Shown in pieces: positions 20,419-30,241 of a DNA stretch of 56,565 bases; position 1 is the first letter of the stretch; every line of letters starts with the position of its first letter. Location: NCBI GenBank assembly GCA_964429275.1, contig CAYSBJ010000001.1:513776-570340 (forward strand), in the 5' to 3' direction. The position numbers were made by a program, and so were the translations under genes. The DNA is from an uncultured Pseudomonadota bacterium (GTDB lineage Bacteria; Babelota; Babeliae; Babelales; JAUPTZ01). The notes beneath the pieces were generated by a model. The model had not been told where the DNA came from. It did no database searches and saw only the letters and a list, made by a program, of their open reading frames with translations.

Positions 20419-21126
20419 TCATTGTGTTTCATTTTCTAATTTTAGTCGCAGTAGAAAAATGGTGTCCTCAATGAGATGTTGTTTTACCCATACTTTTTGT
20501 TTTTCATTGAGTAGCTCACCAAGGCAAGCAAGAATAGTTTTCCTGTCGAATGCTTCTAGAGTAGCAATGCATTTGCGCAGAAATTGGGGCATGGTTAGGC
20601 CAGTTCTACGTTCAATAATTGCGGTATTAATTGGCCAGTGGTTTTTGAGGAAGAAGTTAACGTCAAAAATGTCGCGATTTGCCTTACCCGCTCGTTCCAG
20701 CATTGCGACCATTTTATGAGCAACTATATCTGGTTTGATCATAGTCTTAATACTAACGCCAAGATAAGAGCGAACTTCGTATTGTGAGCCAAAAGTGCAA
20801 CAGTTGATCTCCACCTTAATGTTATAGGCGCCCGGGGTCTTATGTGTATATGACAATAGGTAGAAAAGATCGAATCTTTTCTTTTCTGTGTTTTTTAAAA
20901 CTCCATATGCTTTCAATGTTTTTTCGATGCGTTGAAAAATGAAATCAACTTTGGTTTCATCGAGCAAATCGAAATCTAAGTCGACGGAGAAACGAGGAAG
21001 GTCGTGAAAGAGCAGTGCGGCAGTACCTCCTTTGAACCCTAAAAAGGGTCCGATTTCCATATCAGTATATATGTCCTTAAGTATCTCAATGAGTAGACTT
21101 TTATGGATAGGAATTTCTAGTGTCAT
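20419..21126 (-). CDS. AbiEii/AbiGii-family nucleotidyltransferase toxin (type IV TA)
   Basis: FKGGTA, RFSVDLDF, IKVEI, AHK, RDIFD motifs. Confidence 0.9.
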   Translation of the reverse strand: MTLEIPIHKSLLIEILKDIYTDMEIGPFLGFKGGTAALLFHDLPRFSVDLDFDLLDETKVDFIFQRIEKTLKAYGVLKNTEKKRFDLFYLLSYTHKTPGAYNIKVEINCCTFGSQYEVRSYLGVSIKTMIKPDIVAHKMVAMLERAGKANRDIFDVNFFLKNHWPINTAIIERRTGLTMPQFLRKCIATLEAFDRKTILACLGELLNEKQKVWVKQHLIEDTIFLLRLKLENETQ

Positions 21127-21618
21127 ATGTTTGTCTCCTCTTTTTTATGAAAGGCAGCGAAATGTTCCTTTACCTTTCGTGCCATTCGTTTGTTGTTATA
21201 AATGGGGAGAAATTCTTCGATTTTTTTTATATCAAGTGGTCGTAAGTTGGTAAAATCATAATCTTTATTGAGGTACAATACGTCTAAATATGCTCGTTCC
21301 GGTGTAGCAGCAAAATAAGTTCCCCTATTCTCTACTCCAGCGCTATTCACAAGAAGCGTATGCTTCATTAATCCCGGCTTCGGCGAGGATTGTTTCAAAG
21401 CTGATGTAGGAAGGAGTAAGTATCTTTGTGCCAAGCTCATAGCGGTCATAGTTTTTGTCTTTGGCATAGAGGCCGCGACGAATTTGGTAGAGGTTCCCTT
21501 TTGTTACGTAATAATTAACTCGCCTGTATAGTAGGGAAGGGGTCGGGGCATCCGAAGCGAGTAGGATGTCTCGGAAAGAAAAAACTGTTTGTTTTGATCG
21601 TAAAAGGTAACTAAGCAT
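21123..21618 (-). pseudogene. AbiEi-type antitoxin/regulator, split by a frameshift (probable internal deletion) near 21370
   Basis: N-terminal half (IRRGLY, PSYISFETIL) is in ORF 21343-21618; C-terminal half (ATPERAYLDVLY) is in another frame ending at 21123 and overlaps the toxin start. Confidence 0.8.
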
Positions 21619-21638
21619 GGGCTATCCATATGCGATAT

Positions 21639-21677
21639 AAGAGCTGGTTATTACAAAAAATGTTATGAGTAGCTCTT
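21639..21677. promoter_or_regulatory. Imperfect 17-bp inverted repeat upstream of the abiE operon, candidate autorepression operator
   Basis: aagagctggttattaca-aaaaa-tgttatgagtagctctt; 13 of 17 positions complementary. Confidence 0.4.
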
Positions 21678-21799
21678 GTGTTACGCATTCTTGGTTAAAA
21701 GTGCAATGCTTCGCGTTTTCTTACTTTCATGGGCCATGCGGTATTGGTGTTGCCTTGTGGTATACTCCCGGCCCATAATTCCTGGTAAAAGGAGGACCA

Positions 21800-23392
21800 A
21801 TGATTCTTTTTGTGGTGGCGACTGTCGCGCTTACCTTATTTAGTACTGCTGTTTTGCTCTACGTCTCTTTGGCCACCGGTCTTGGGCCATGGATTGGGCC
21901 GATGCTGGTGGTTTTATGCCGTATGGGCATATGGATGACGCATCGTCGTCATGAAAAACAAACAACAGCACTGGCAACCATCATTTCTTCCTATGGCGGA
22001 GCGATCGCAACCGGTATAGGCTTTTCACTGACCACCTTATATTTTGTCGACGCTGGCACCTGGCATGCCTGGATGGCAGATCCCCTCTGGTTTTGCGGCT
22101 TTATGGCACTGCTTGTGCTCAGTGCTGGTCTGTTTGGTGTTGCGCTTGCCCGCCGCATAGCACCGGCATTGTTGGCCGATACGACTATCTCCTTTCCGGT
22201 GAGCGCTGCCATTATTAGTGCCATTGAAAGCGCACATGGGCTTGTGCACAATCTATTTTTTGGCGGCGGCATACTGCTTGCCGGTGTCATTGGGCTGCTG
22301 CGTGATGGCTGGGGCTCGGTAGCGGCACTTGTGCCGGTTGCGTGGTCACTGCTACCGTCGGTTTTTGGGTCAGTGGTTGTTTTTGAATTAGCGCCGGTGT
22401 GTTGGGCAGCAGGTTTTTTGGCTGGAAGTTCAATTGTGCGGCCATTACTCGTTGGTATGGTGGCAAAGTATGCAGTCTTGATGCCGCTGTGGCAGGTGAC
22501 GCGCGATGTAGCATGGGGAGGGCTCTCGCTGTTGCAAACCTCTGATATCACCTTTGCGTTTTGTAGCGGACTCCTCCTGAGCGGGCTCTTAAAATCATGT
22601 TGGCAAAGTCCGGCTCGTCTGTGGCAGCAGATGTGGCGTGCGGTTGCGACGCTCAGTAAAAATACGACGGTGGTACGGCAAGGCCTGGGTATGGAGTTGC
22701 TTGCCGGTGCCGCGATGACTGGTATCTGTCTGGCACTTAGCATGCCGATTGTGGCTATTGTTCTATTTATCGGATTCTTGGTGCCGCTGCTTGAGAATTT
22801 AGGGAACTTTTCTGCCCGAACTGGGCTTGCAACATATGGCCGGTACATGACGCTGATTATGCTGCCGCTTCTCTGTATGCCAGGGGTCTCGTCGCTGCAA
22901 ATTGTGGTGGTGTGTACCCTGATTGGTATTGCCGGTGCGGCGGTAGTTGATACGCTTTTTTCCTATAAGATAGGGCAGTACTTTGAGATTTCAGAAGACC
23001 GATTGCGCTGGGCTCAGTTGGTTGGCATAGTGCTAACGGCAGCCATGGTTGGCTTTTTGATGTGGCTTCTTTGTACTTCGTTTACTCTTGGCGAGTCACC
23101 GCTGATTGCGCATCGTGGTATTTCGCGGGCACTTCTCATGAAAACTTTTCAGTTCAATGGCCTAATCGTGCTGCTGGGAGTGATTTTGGGATTTATTTTG
23201 GAGCGGTGCAAGGTTAATGTCGTTATGGTTTTTGGGGGGCTTATTATGCCCAATAGCCTTATTATTGCGTTGGCAATTGGCGCTGCGTGGCGTGCAATGA
23301 CAACGCGAGTGGAGGAATGGACCTTATTCTGGTCTGGGGTACTGGCTGGCGATGTGTTGTGGATGTTGATAGACATGGCACGAGGATTGTAG
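21800..23392 (+). CDS. Polytopic membrane protein, probable OPT-family oligopeptide transporter
   Basis: Many TM segments; YVSLATGLG, FPVS, YKIG, WAQLVG and SGVLAGD resemble OPT motifs; AGGAGG RBS. Confidence 0.6.
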   Translation: MILFVVATVALTLFSTAVLLYVSLATGLGPWIGPMLVVLCRMGIWMTHRRHEKQTTALATIISSYGGAIATGIGFSLTTLYFVDAGTWHAWMADPLWFCGFMALLVLSAGLFGVALARRIAPALLADTTISFPVSAAIISAIESAHGLVHNLFFGGGILLAGVIGLLRDGWGSVAALVPVAWSLLPSVFGSVVVFELAPVCWAAGFLAGSSIVRPLLVGMVAKYAVLMPLWQVTRDVAWGGLSLLQTSDITFAFCSGLLLSGLLKSCWQSPARLWQQMWRAVATLSKNTTVVRQGLGMELLAGAAMTGICLALSMPIVAIVLFIGFLVPLLENLGNFSARTGLATYGRYMTLIMLPLLCMPGVSSLQIVVVCTLIGIAGAAVVDTLFSYKIGQYFEISEDRLRWAQLVGIVLTAAMVGFLMWLLCTSFTLGESPLIAHRGISRALLMKTFQFNGLIVLLGVILGFILERCKVNVVMVFGGLIMPNSLIIALAIGAAWRAMTTRVEEWTLFWSGVLAGDVLWMLIDMARGL

Positions 23393-23411
23393 AACTAGAG
23401 TTATTGTTTAT

Positions 23412-23442
23412 AAAAAAATGGGGCGCTTGCACAAGCGCCCCA
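23412..23442 (-). terminator. Intrinsic terminator between the convergent OPT-like gene and serS (U-tract on the serS strand)
   Basis: A7-TGGGGCGCTTG-CA-CAAGCGCCCCA. Confidence 0.85.
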
Positions 23443-23504
23443 AATAATCGAGGTCGAATCATCTCTTCCTGGCTGACAGATGTCTGCCGCTTATTGTAGT
23501 ACTG

Positions 23505-24740
23505 TTACCACAGTGTATCTACAATTTCTTGCAACGCCTTTGGCAACTTAATCGAACCATCTTCCTGCTGATACTGTTCCATTAACGCAACCATAAGCCG
23601 TGGCAATGCAAGGCTTGAAGCGTTTAATGTATGTGCTAATGTAGGCTTTTTGGTTTCTGCATTGCGGTACCTGATTTGCGCCCGACGTGCTTGGAAATCG
23701 GTACAGTTTGACGCTGACGATACTTCTTGGTGGCGGTTTTGTCCTGGCAACCAGACTTCAAGGTCGTACGTTTTTGCAGAGCCAAATGAGCAGTCTTGTC
23801 CGGCAAGGAGTACTACTTGGTACGCAAGGCCGAGTTGTTGCAGAATGTTTTCGGCGCATCCGACCATTTGTTCCAGCTCTTGGCGGGAGTCCTGCGGTTT
23901 GGTAATGGCATACAATTCAACTTTTTCAAATTGGTGAATGCGGATAATTCCGCGTTCTGCGGCGCCATAGCCACCGGCTTCACGACGAAAGCAACTGGTC
24001 CAAGAAGTGTAGCGGATAGGCAATTGTGTTTCTTCTAAAATCTCATCAGCGTGAACGTTGGTCAAACTGACTTCTGCGGTTGGAATGAGGCAGAGGTTGT
24101 CTTCTTTTACTTCATAAAAATCGCCGGCAAACTTTGGCAAATTGCCACCGTTGTATAGCGCTTTTTCTGTGACAAGGTATGGCGGTATAACTGGCAAAAA
24201 ATTATGGCGGGCATTGTTTTTGAGCATCATTTGTGTCAGCGCATAAATAATTTTGGTGCCCATGGGTGTGTAATACACAAACTGCGCACCAGACATTTTT
24301 GCAGCAACGTCCAGATCAAACCACTTATTAATATCATTTAATTGAAGGTGATTGCGTGGGGTGAAGGAGAACTGAGGAATAGTTCCCCATGACCTGACGG
24401 CAACGTTTTCTGCTTTGTTCCCTACCGGAACGTCATCTTCTGGTAAGTTTGGGCAACGGAGCCATAAATTATTGAGCGCTTCTTGTGCGGCGGCAAGCTT
24501 TGTTTCGTCTTCTTTAAGCTGTTTGCCCAGCGCAATAGACTTTTCTCGTACGTCTTGAGTAACAGCACCACTTTTGGATAGATTGTTCTTTTCACTGCGG
24601 AGTGATTCGACCGCTATCTGGAGTTCACGGACGATGCGATCTTTTTCGATCAGTTCGTGAGTTGGAAAGCCTGGGTCTTTTTTTGTTAGGCGAGCAGTGA
24701 CGTCTGTGGGGTTTGTACGCAGTAAATGTAAATCTATCAT
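23505..24740 (-). CDS. serS: Seryl-tRNA synthetase
   Basis: LIPTAEVSL, CFRREAG, IRIHQFEKVE, KTYDLEVWLP, EVSSASNCTDFQARR, HTLNASSLA. Confidence 0.99.
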   Translation of the reverse strand: MIDLHLLRTNPTDVTARLTKKDPGFPTHELIEKDRIVRELQIAVESLRSEKNNLSKSGAVTQDVREKSIALGKQLKEDETKLAAAQEALNNLWLRCPNLPEDDVPVGNKAENVAVRSWGTIPQFSFTPRNHLQLNDINKWFDLDVAAKMSGAQFVYYTPMGTKIIYALTQMMLKNNARHNFLPVIPPYLVTEKALYNGGNLPKFAGDFYEVKEDNLCLIPTAEVSLTNVHADEILEETQLPIRYTSWTSCFRREAGGYGAAERGIIRIHQFEKVELYAITKPQDSRQELEQMVGCAENILQQLGLAYQVVLLAGQDCSFGSAKTYDLEVWLPGQNRHQEVSSASNCTDFQARRAQIRYRNAETKKPTLAHTLNASSLALPRLMVALMEQYQQEDGSIKLPKALQEIVDTLW

Positions 24741-24866
24741 AAGGATACCTCTATATATGAAAAGAGATGGGCAGTGTAAATAATCCGGCAGATTTAGGGA
24801 AGAGGGGGTATTTTACAATACTTCTGCCATCACATCTCGGTTGTGTACTAAAAATCGCAAAAATGC

Positions 24867-25022
24867 TTACTGATTCCATGGCATTTGTGCTAACAGTAAT
24901 GCCATTCCACACCACCCCGTAAGTCCAGCAAACATCAGGCCAAGACCGGTAAAGCCAGACAGCATATAGAACCAAGAATTAACAAAGGTTCCTAATATGA
25001 CTCCAAGAAAGACGAGTAATCC
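24867..25022 (-). pseudogene. C-terminal remnant of a YgaP/DUF2892-type membrane protein
   Basis: Hand translation [51 protein letters not shown]; two in-frame TAA lie one codon upstream and there is no N-terminal part. Confidence 0.75.
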
Positions 25023-25212
25023 TGTTTATTACTTATTTTGGATGATGAAGCCCTCGGGGATCGAGCGACGTAGTAAGGCGATATTTTGGTTAGTATAAGA
25101 CTACTTATTGGTATCCATGATGAGCCGATAATCATAATCTCTTTACAAATGGTTGAGCGCTTGTATGCACTGCAGACGTTTTACTTTAATGTGTCTTAAT
25201 GTGAGCGAGATT

Positions 25213-28200
25213 ATGAAGAAGAATTTTTTTTCGGTATGCCTTCTTGTAAGCGTCTTTCTTCCCTTGCAGGCAGATATTGCCTTTGAGTCTGATGATGCGA
25301 CTCTTTCTGTGGGTTTTGGTGCAACTTTTAACTACAATCCACCGTTCCCAGTTGGGTTGGATAAGGGAGCAATTGAACATCTTATTAATGCTCCGTTTGA
25401 AGGAGCGGCTGGTTTTAACTGTGTCAACTTCAATGTAAAACAGGGATACCAAACGTTTGGGCGGATCGTTAATGGGACCTATGTACCTGCCGTAGGAAAT
25501 CCTTCTTTTCCTTCTTCGAATGCTACTACTATAGCGCTTCGTGATGGTGGTGCATTGTATGGCACTAATAATTTTATGATCTATAACCTCACTGTTGCGA
25601 CAAGTAATAATTTACTTTCAGGATCATTTAATTTTATGCGCCCCCTTGCGTTTGGTCACAACATTGGGCTTACATGCGCATTGACTAATCCATTGAATCA
25701 GAACATTGCATTGGATGGTGGCACTTTGACTGTAATAAGTGACTTGGTCTGTGCGAGTAACGTAAGCATTACGGGTACTGGTACTGTGACCACGCTTGAT
25801 AGTGATGGTCTTACTCATGCGTTTGTTTTCGGTGGATATTACAATATTCCACTTTCTGGAGATATAACCTGGCAAGATTGTTCAAATATGCAGTTAAAAA
25901 GCAGCATTTTGCTAAACGGTGACTGGGTTTTTAGCGGAACATGTTGTCTTGATGGTAATGGCTCAACAATTGATTTGAGTTCTGGGGGATCGATTTCAGT
26001 TGAGCATGGCTCTTCCTTGCTTTTAAAAAATGTAGTGATTAAGGGGCTCTCAAACGATAACTTTGTTCTTCTTGCTCATTCGGGATCGGCTGATGGGGAA
26101 GTGTTGTTGGATAAAGTTACTTTGTGTCTTTCTGAGGAACTTACTACAAGTGTAGGACATATTAACGTTATAGGAGATTCTATTTTTGTGCTTGGTAACT
26201 ATGACTGGACAGTGAATTCTTCAGCTGTGCTTACTGTTGATGGGGCGACCCTTTCGCTGAATGTCTTAAGTAATGATGCTACTGCATATAACAGTACCTT
26301 ATTAGTTCCACATCCTATTTTTATTGAACGGGTTAAGAGTACCAGTAACATTGCCGCTAATATAACGGCAGGAAATCTTGTTTTTTCTGGTGGTGGTGTG
26401 ATCGCTGAAGTAAGCCAGGTTTTGGTGGCAGGATCCGTTGGCGGTGGGGGAGCGCCTGTTATTCTTACGCATACTAATGTTTTGTCTCCAAATGACTCTA
26501 TCGTTTTTTCTTCCTCGCAGGATATTGATGGAGGCGGCTCTCGTATTACTTTTGCAAACCCAGGAACACCACAATTTACCGTTGCTGCTGGGCAAACTGT
26601 AACTCTTCGCAATATTGAATTATATGGCATAACGAATACGACTTTTTCCTTGGGAGATGGTGCAGTCATTTCTATAGGTGAAAACGTTATTTTTAGCCTT
26701 GCTGAAGATATAGTTTGGAGTAACGGCGCTATCGAATTTAATTCTCCAGATAAAATTCTGATTATTAAGAGTGATGGACCACAGCATTCCTGGACGTTTG
26801 AATCAGCGCCGACAAACGATTCACTACCATACACTTATGCAACACATCTTAATTTGCATGGTGGAACGGTGCTGTTACAGAATGTTGCATTTGGTGGGTT
26901 GCGCCATATTATTCATGATTCAGTGGCTATAGATGGCGATGTCTATCCAGGAGTTGTTGCTCTTAATGGTTGCGCGCGTGTAGATGTTGCGGAGAATTCT
27001 GTAGACCATATTTTTACTGTTAAAAACCTTGATAATTACATGCTTTTATCTTCAGGAATTAATACATTTACTGGTTCAATTACGTTTGATTCTGCGGCTC
27101 ACAGTTCGCTTACCTTTGGTTCTATTTTACAAAGTAATTCAAGTAATGCTTATCAGGTCCCAGTGGTTTCTTTTTTGGGGGATCGAGTGATTGACGTATC
27201 GTCTTCAAATGGAAGCGCTTATTGTATTTTTGATATGCCGTCTGTTGTGATTAGTAATTCTGCGGAAAATTCTTTTATTCTCGGGAATAATGGTGTTTTT
27301 GCTGGTAATCGCATTGATGTTGCTGGTCGATCTATTTGTCAGACAAGCGCTCGTGCGCTTGTTAACCCTGGATCGCAGATAAGTAGTGCTCTTGCAAGTG
27401 GGGCGATTGTTTTTTCAGATGACTTAATTTCATCTATGATCACCCGATCATTATCTTTCCCGGGTGACATCTCTTCTATGCCTGACGAAAGTATAGTACC
27501 GGTTGTACATTATGAATCTGCTATTCCTTTAACACTTATGTGTGGGAATGTTAGCTTGAAAGAACAATTAGAGCGAAAGTATACGAATTTCTCTGTTTCG
27601 CCTGACTATCAGCTTAACCTTGCTTTGCATGATGGTGTGCAAGTGCATGCAGCTGATTTGCCGATAGTTTTCAAAGGAGATGGCACGTTTACGCGCAGCG
27701 ATGTTATCAATGTTATTGGCGGCACACAGGAAAAACCTAATAAGATTGTTGTAACAGAAGATATTACTTTTAATGGATATCTTATGTTTGAAGAAGGGGC
27801 TGCATTGTGTATAGAGTGTGCTCCATCATCAAGCCCGGTAGTTATTCGCTTTGGTGATACGAGTGGCATATCTTTTGGGGGTAACTCGACATTGATGTTT
27901 ACTGGTGCAGGGACTGTTCTTTTTGCGGATGGCTATCAGATGGTCTTTAACGGTGGTGATACACTGATCATAGGAAGAGATATGCAGTGGTCACTTTCGA
28001 GTCAAAATATTTATCTTGCAGGGCTTGGTAGTGTTCAGTGTCAAGATGGTGGGCTTATTACTCTTGAGCATGGGAGTGAAATGATTTGTGGTGCAAGTTA
28101 TTCGCAAATAGTTGCCAATGCTTTTGGCGATGCAGGAACCTACGGTGTAGTATTGCGGGCAAAAACAGGCGGAGGCGTTCGTATTGGAGAAGTTCTTGCT

Positions 28201-28767
28201 GTAGGTGAGCAGGCTTCGCGGCTTTCTTTTATAGGCAATAGTTCGCTCAATTTCTCTCACGGTGGTCGTTTGATTATTGCTCAGAATGGCGTCTGTGAAT
28301 GCAATGCATTAGCGGGTGTTGCGAAATATGGCATTATGGAAAAAGTCGATTTTAGTAATGGTGGTGCTTTATATATAGGTCAGAATGGGAATCTTCTTAT
28401 TAATAGTAATGCTGGCGAACAAGGAATTACCTTACTTCTTGATGGGGCGTCTGTCAGCGGGACTGGTATGGTTGGAGTTGTTGGGTCCTCTTTTAAGGGA
28501 CAAGTACAATCGAATTTGTTTTCCGCCGATGAATTAACTGCTGTTGATATGGTAGGTTTATTGACACAGACAGTAAGTAGTCTTGTTTCTTCTACTGCGT
28601 ACTACAATATGGAGGGGCACCTCATGATTCGTACTTTGAATGGTGCATTGGTTAACCTTGGTTTAAATAAAGTAATAACTGGAGACACTGAAACTGGACT
28701 TGTGTCTGGCTATAATGCTCTTAATGGGCGGCGTTTTACTTATGATGCGAATGGAGTGTTGCAATAA
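25213..28767 (+). CDS. Large secreted beta-solenoid-like protein (about 1184 aa)
   Basis: MKKNFFSVCLLVSVFLPLQA signal; G/S/T/N/I/V-rich, low charge; DGNG/DGGG...LxLxN repeats. Confidence 0.8.
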   Translation: MKKNFFSVCLLVSVFLPLQADIAFESDDATLSVGFGATFNYNPPFPVGLDKGAIEHLINAPFEGAAGFNCVNFNVKQGYQTFGRIVNGTYVPAVGNPSFPSSNATTIALRDGGALYGTNNFMIYNLTVATSNNLLSGSFNFMRPLAFGHNIGLTCALTNPLNQNIALDGGTLTVISDLVCASNVSITGTGTVTTLDSDGLTHAFVFGGYYNIPLSGDITWQDCSNMQLKSSILLNGDWVFSGTCCLDGNGSTIDLSSGGSISVEHGSSLLLKNVVIKGLSNDNFVLLAHSGSADGEVLLDKVTLCLSEELTTSVGHINVIGDSIFVLGNYDWTVNSSAVLTVDGATLSLNVLSNDATAYNSTLLVPHPIFIERVKSTSNIAANITAGNLVFSGGGVIAEVSQVLVAGSVGGGGAPVILTHTNVLSPNDSIVFSSSQDIDGGGSRITFANPGTPQFTVAAGQTVTLRNIELYGITNTTFSLGDGAVISIGENVIFSLAEDIVWSNGAIEFNSPDKILIIKSDGPQHSWTFESAPTNDSLPYTYATHLNLHGGTVLLQNVAFGGLRHIIHDSVAIDGDVYPGVVALNGCARVDVAENSVDHIFTVKNLDNYMLLSSGINTFTGSITFDSAAHSSLTFGSILQSNSSNAYQVPVVSFLGDRVIDVSSSNGSAYCIFDMPSVVISNSAENSFILGNNGVFAGNRIDVAGRSICQTSARALVNPGSQISSALASGAIVFSDDLISSMITRSLSFPGDISSMPDESIVPVVHYESAIPLTLMCGNVSLKEQLERKYTNFSVSPDYQLNLALHDGVQVHAADLPIVFKGDGTFTRSDVINVIGGTQEKPNKIVVTEDITFNGYLMFEEGAALCIECAPSSSPVVIRFGDTSGISFGGNSTLMFTGAGTVLFADGYQMVFNGGDTLIIGRDMQWSLSSQNIYLAGLGSVQCQDGGLITLEHGSEMICGASYSQIVANAFGDAGTYGVVLRAKTGGGVRIGEVLAVGEQASRLSFIGNSSLNFSHGGRLIIAQNGVCECNALAGVAKYGIMEKVDFSNGGALYIGQNGNLLINSNAGEQGITLLLDGASVSGTGMVGVVGSSFKGQVQSNLFSADELTAVDMVGLLTQTVSSLVSSTAYYNMEGHLMIRTLNGALVNLGLNKVITGDTETGLVSGYNALNGRRFTYDANGVLQ

Positions 28768-30224
28768 TGATGATACAGCTGTTTTTTTTCTTAGGTCTTA
28801 GTTGTGCTGTTTTTCTCTCTGGGCATGTAAAGGACGATATAGCAGCTGCTGAGCGAGAAGGGTTAGTGCTAACTCGTCAAGCTCTTGTGGCATCTTGGAA
28901 GGCACAAGAAGAGGCTCGAATTGAGGCGGATGTTGTTTTGGGTAGGTATGCGCACGTTTATTGTGAGCCTCTGTGGCAAAAAGCACTCCGGCGTTTTGAT
29001 GGTACTTGTAGTGTTGCTGCTGATTATTCTTTTTCTTATTTAGCCAATGGTTATGATGGAGAAGGTGATCTAGTTAATAGTGCTGTAGTAAGATTTGGTA
29101 AACAGCCAGTTTTATCTGACATATTAGTGGCAAGCGCTCTTTCTAATCATTCAAATGCGACTCCTGGAGTGGGGTATGAGTTCTTACAAGACCTGTCGGG
29201 CACCCAAATACCAATTCAAGCTTCGATTTTTACGCACGAATGTGAATTGTCTTGTCTGATTGGTTTTGCCAAAAATGCATTTCAGATTGGTGTTAGGTTG
29301 CCTTTGCGGCAACAATTTCGCACCATTTCTATTGTGCCGACGCTTACCAATTCAATGCGTAGCCTTTTGCGCACTACAACTGATGCTGAACCACTTCGTA
29401 ATGGACAATTCCGTGATTTTTATGGCGTATCTGTTGCCGCAATGATTGAAGATGTTATTGCAGAGAAGAATATGATTTATCGAGAAAATCATTCTCGGTC
29501 ATCAATTGGGGATATATCTTTTGTAGCCGCAATGCATACTGCTCCAATGGGAGTTGAGCGTTTATCATGGAGTGCTGAACTTTTGGTTCCTGGTGAAAGA
29601 GTGATTGAAGATTCTTACTTTTATTCTTTAGTCCCAGAAAGTCTTGGTTGCCTGAGTGCTCGTATTAGTTCTGGTCTTATTGCGAAAAAAACTGCTTTTG
29701 GTTCACCATATGTTTCTGTTAGTGGACAGGCTTATTTTTCTTCATCAATAAATTATCGAGTGCCCCGGATTATATCTCTTACAGGAGCAAATGCGCTTCC
29801 AGAAAAAGAAGTGTTTGGTGCAGAGCTTTCTTTCTTTCCAGTTGTTACTTTGTCAGTACCAGAGACCACAATAGCCGATTTTGCAGCCCAAATAACAACT
29901 ACAAACGTGCGTCCAGGATTTGTATTTTGCTTTCAAACAGGGAGTGTTATCCATCCTTTTGCCTCTCCTCTGCTTCAGCTTGATGTGTATTATCGGTTGC
30001 GTCTTCAGGGTGCGAATGAGGTCGGAAATGGTTTGTCTCCTTTTGTGTGGAATACTTCGGCATTAGTATCGTCAAAAAGACGTGCCGCGCATGTTCTTGG
30101 TGCTTCGTTGGTTTATCAGCCGACGTCATCTGTTTTGGTTAGAGCAGGATTTGAAGGAGTGGTGGCTGGTCGTTCAGTCCCGGTTGAAGTAACAGTTGGT
30201 TTGTCTGTTGGTGGATCATTCTAA
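28767..30224 (+). CDS. Putative outer-membrane beta-barrel protein A
   Basis: Signal peptide; alternating amphipathic strands; ends VTVGLSVGGSF with terminal Phe; TAATG coupling to the upstream gene. Confidence 0.65.
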   Translation: MMIQLFFFLGLSCAVFLSGHVKDDIAAAEREGLVLTRQALVASWKAQEEARIEADVVLGRYAHVYCEPLWQKALRRFDGTCSVAADYSFSYLANGYDGEGDLVNSAVVRFGKQPVLSDILVASALSNHSNATPGVGYEFLQDLSGTQIPIQASIFTHECELSCLIGFAKNAFQIGVRLPLRQQFRTISIVPTLTNSMRSLLRTTTDAEPLRNGQFRDFYGVSVAAMIEDVIAEKNMIYRENHSRSSIGDISFVAAMHTAPMGVERLSWSAELLVPGERVIEDSYFYSLVPESLGCLSARISSGLIAKKTAFGSPYVSVSGQAYFSSSINYRVPRIISLTGANALPEKEVFGAELSFFPVVTLSVPETTIADFAAQITTTNVRPGFVFCFQTGSVIHPFASPLLQLDVYYRLRLQGANEVGNGLSPFVWNTSALVSSKRRAAHVLGASLVYQPTSSVLVRAGFEGVVAGRSVPVEVTVGLSVGGSF

Positions 30225-30241
30225 TAAACGAAAAGGTAATC

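Noticed and set aside
21991..22848. 285-aa antisense ORF, and similar ones such as 46043-46906 and those across the ribosomal operon
   Set aside because: Antisense shadows of well-supported genes
24751..24975. 74-aa minus-strand ORF from the track
   Set aside because: Off-frame shadow of the ygaP-like remnant; no recognisable motif
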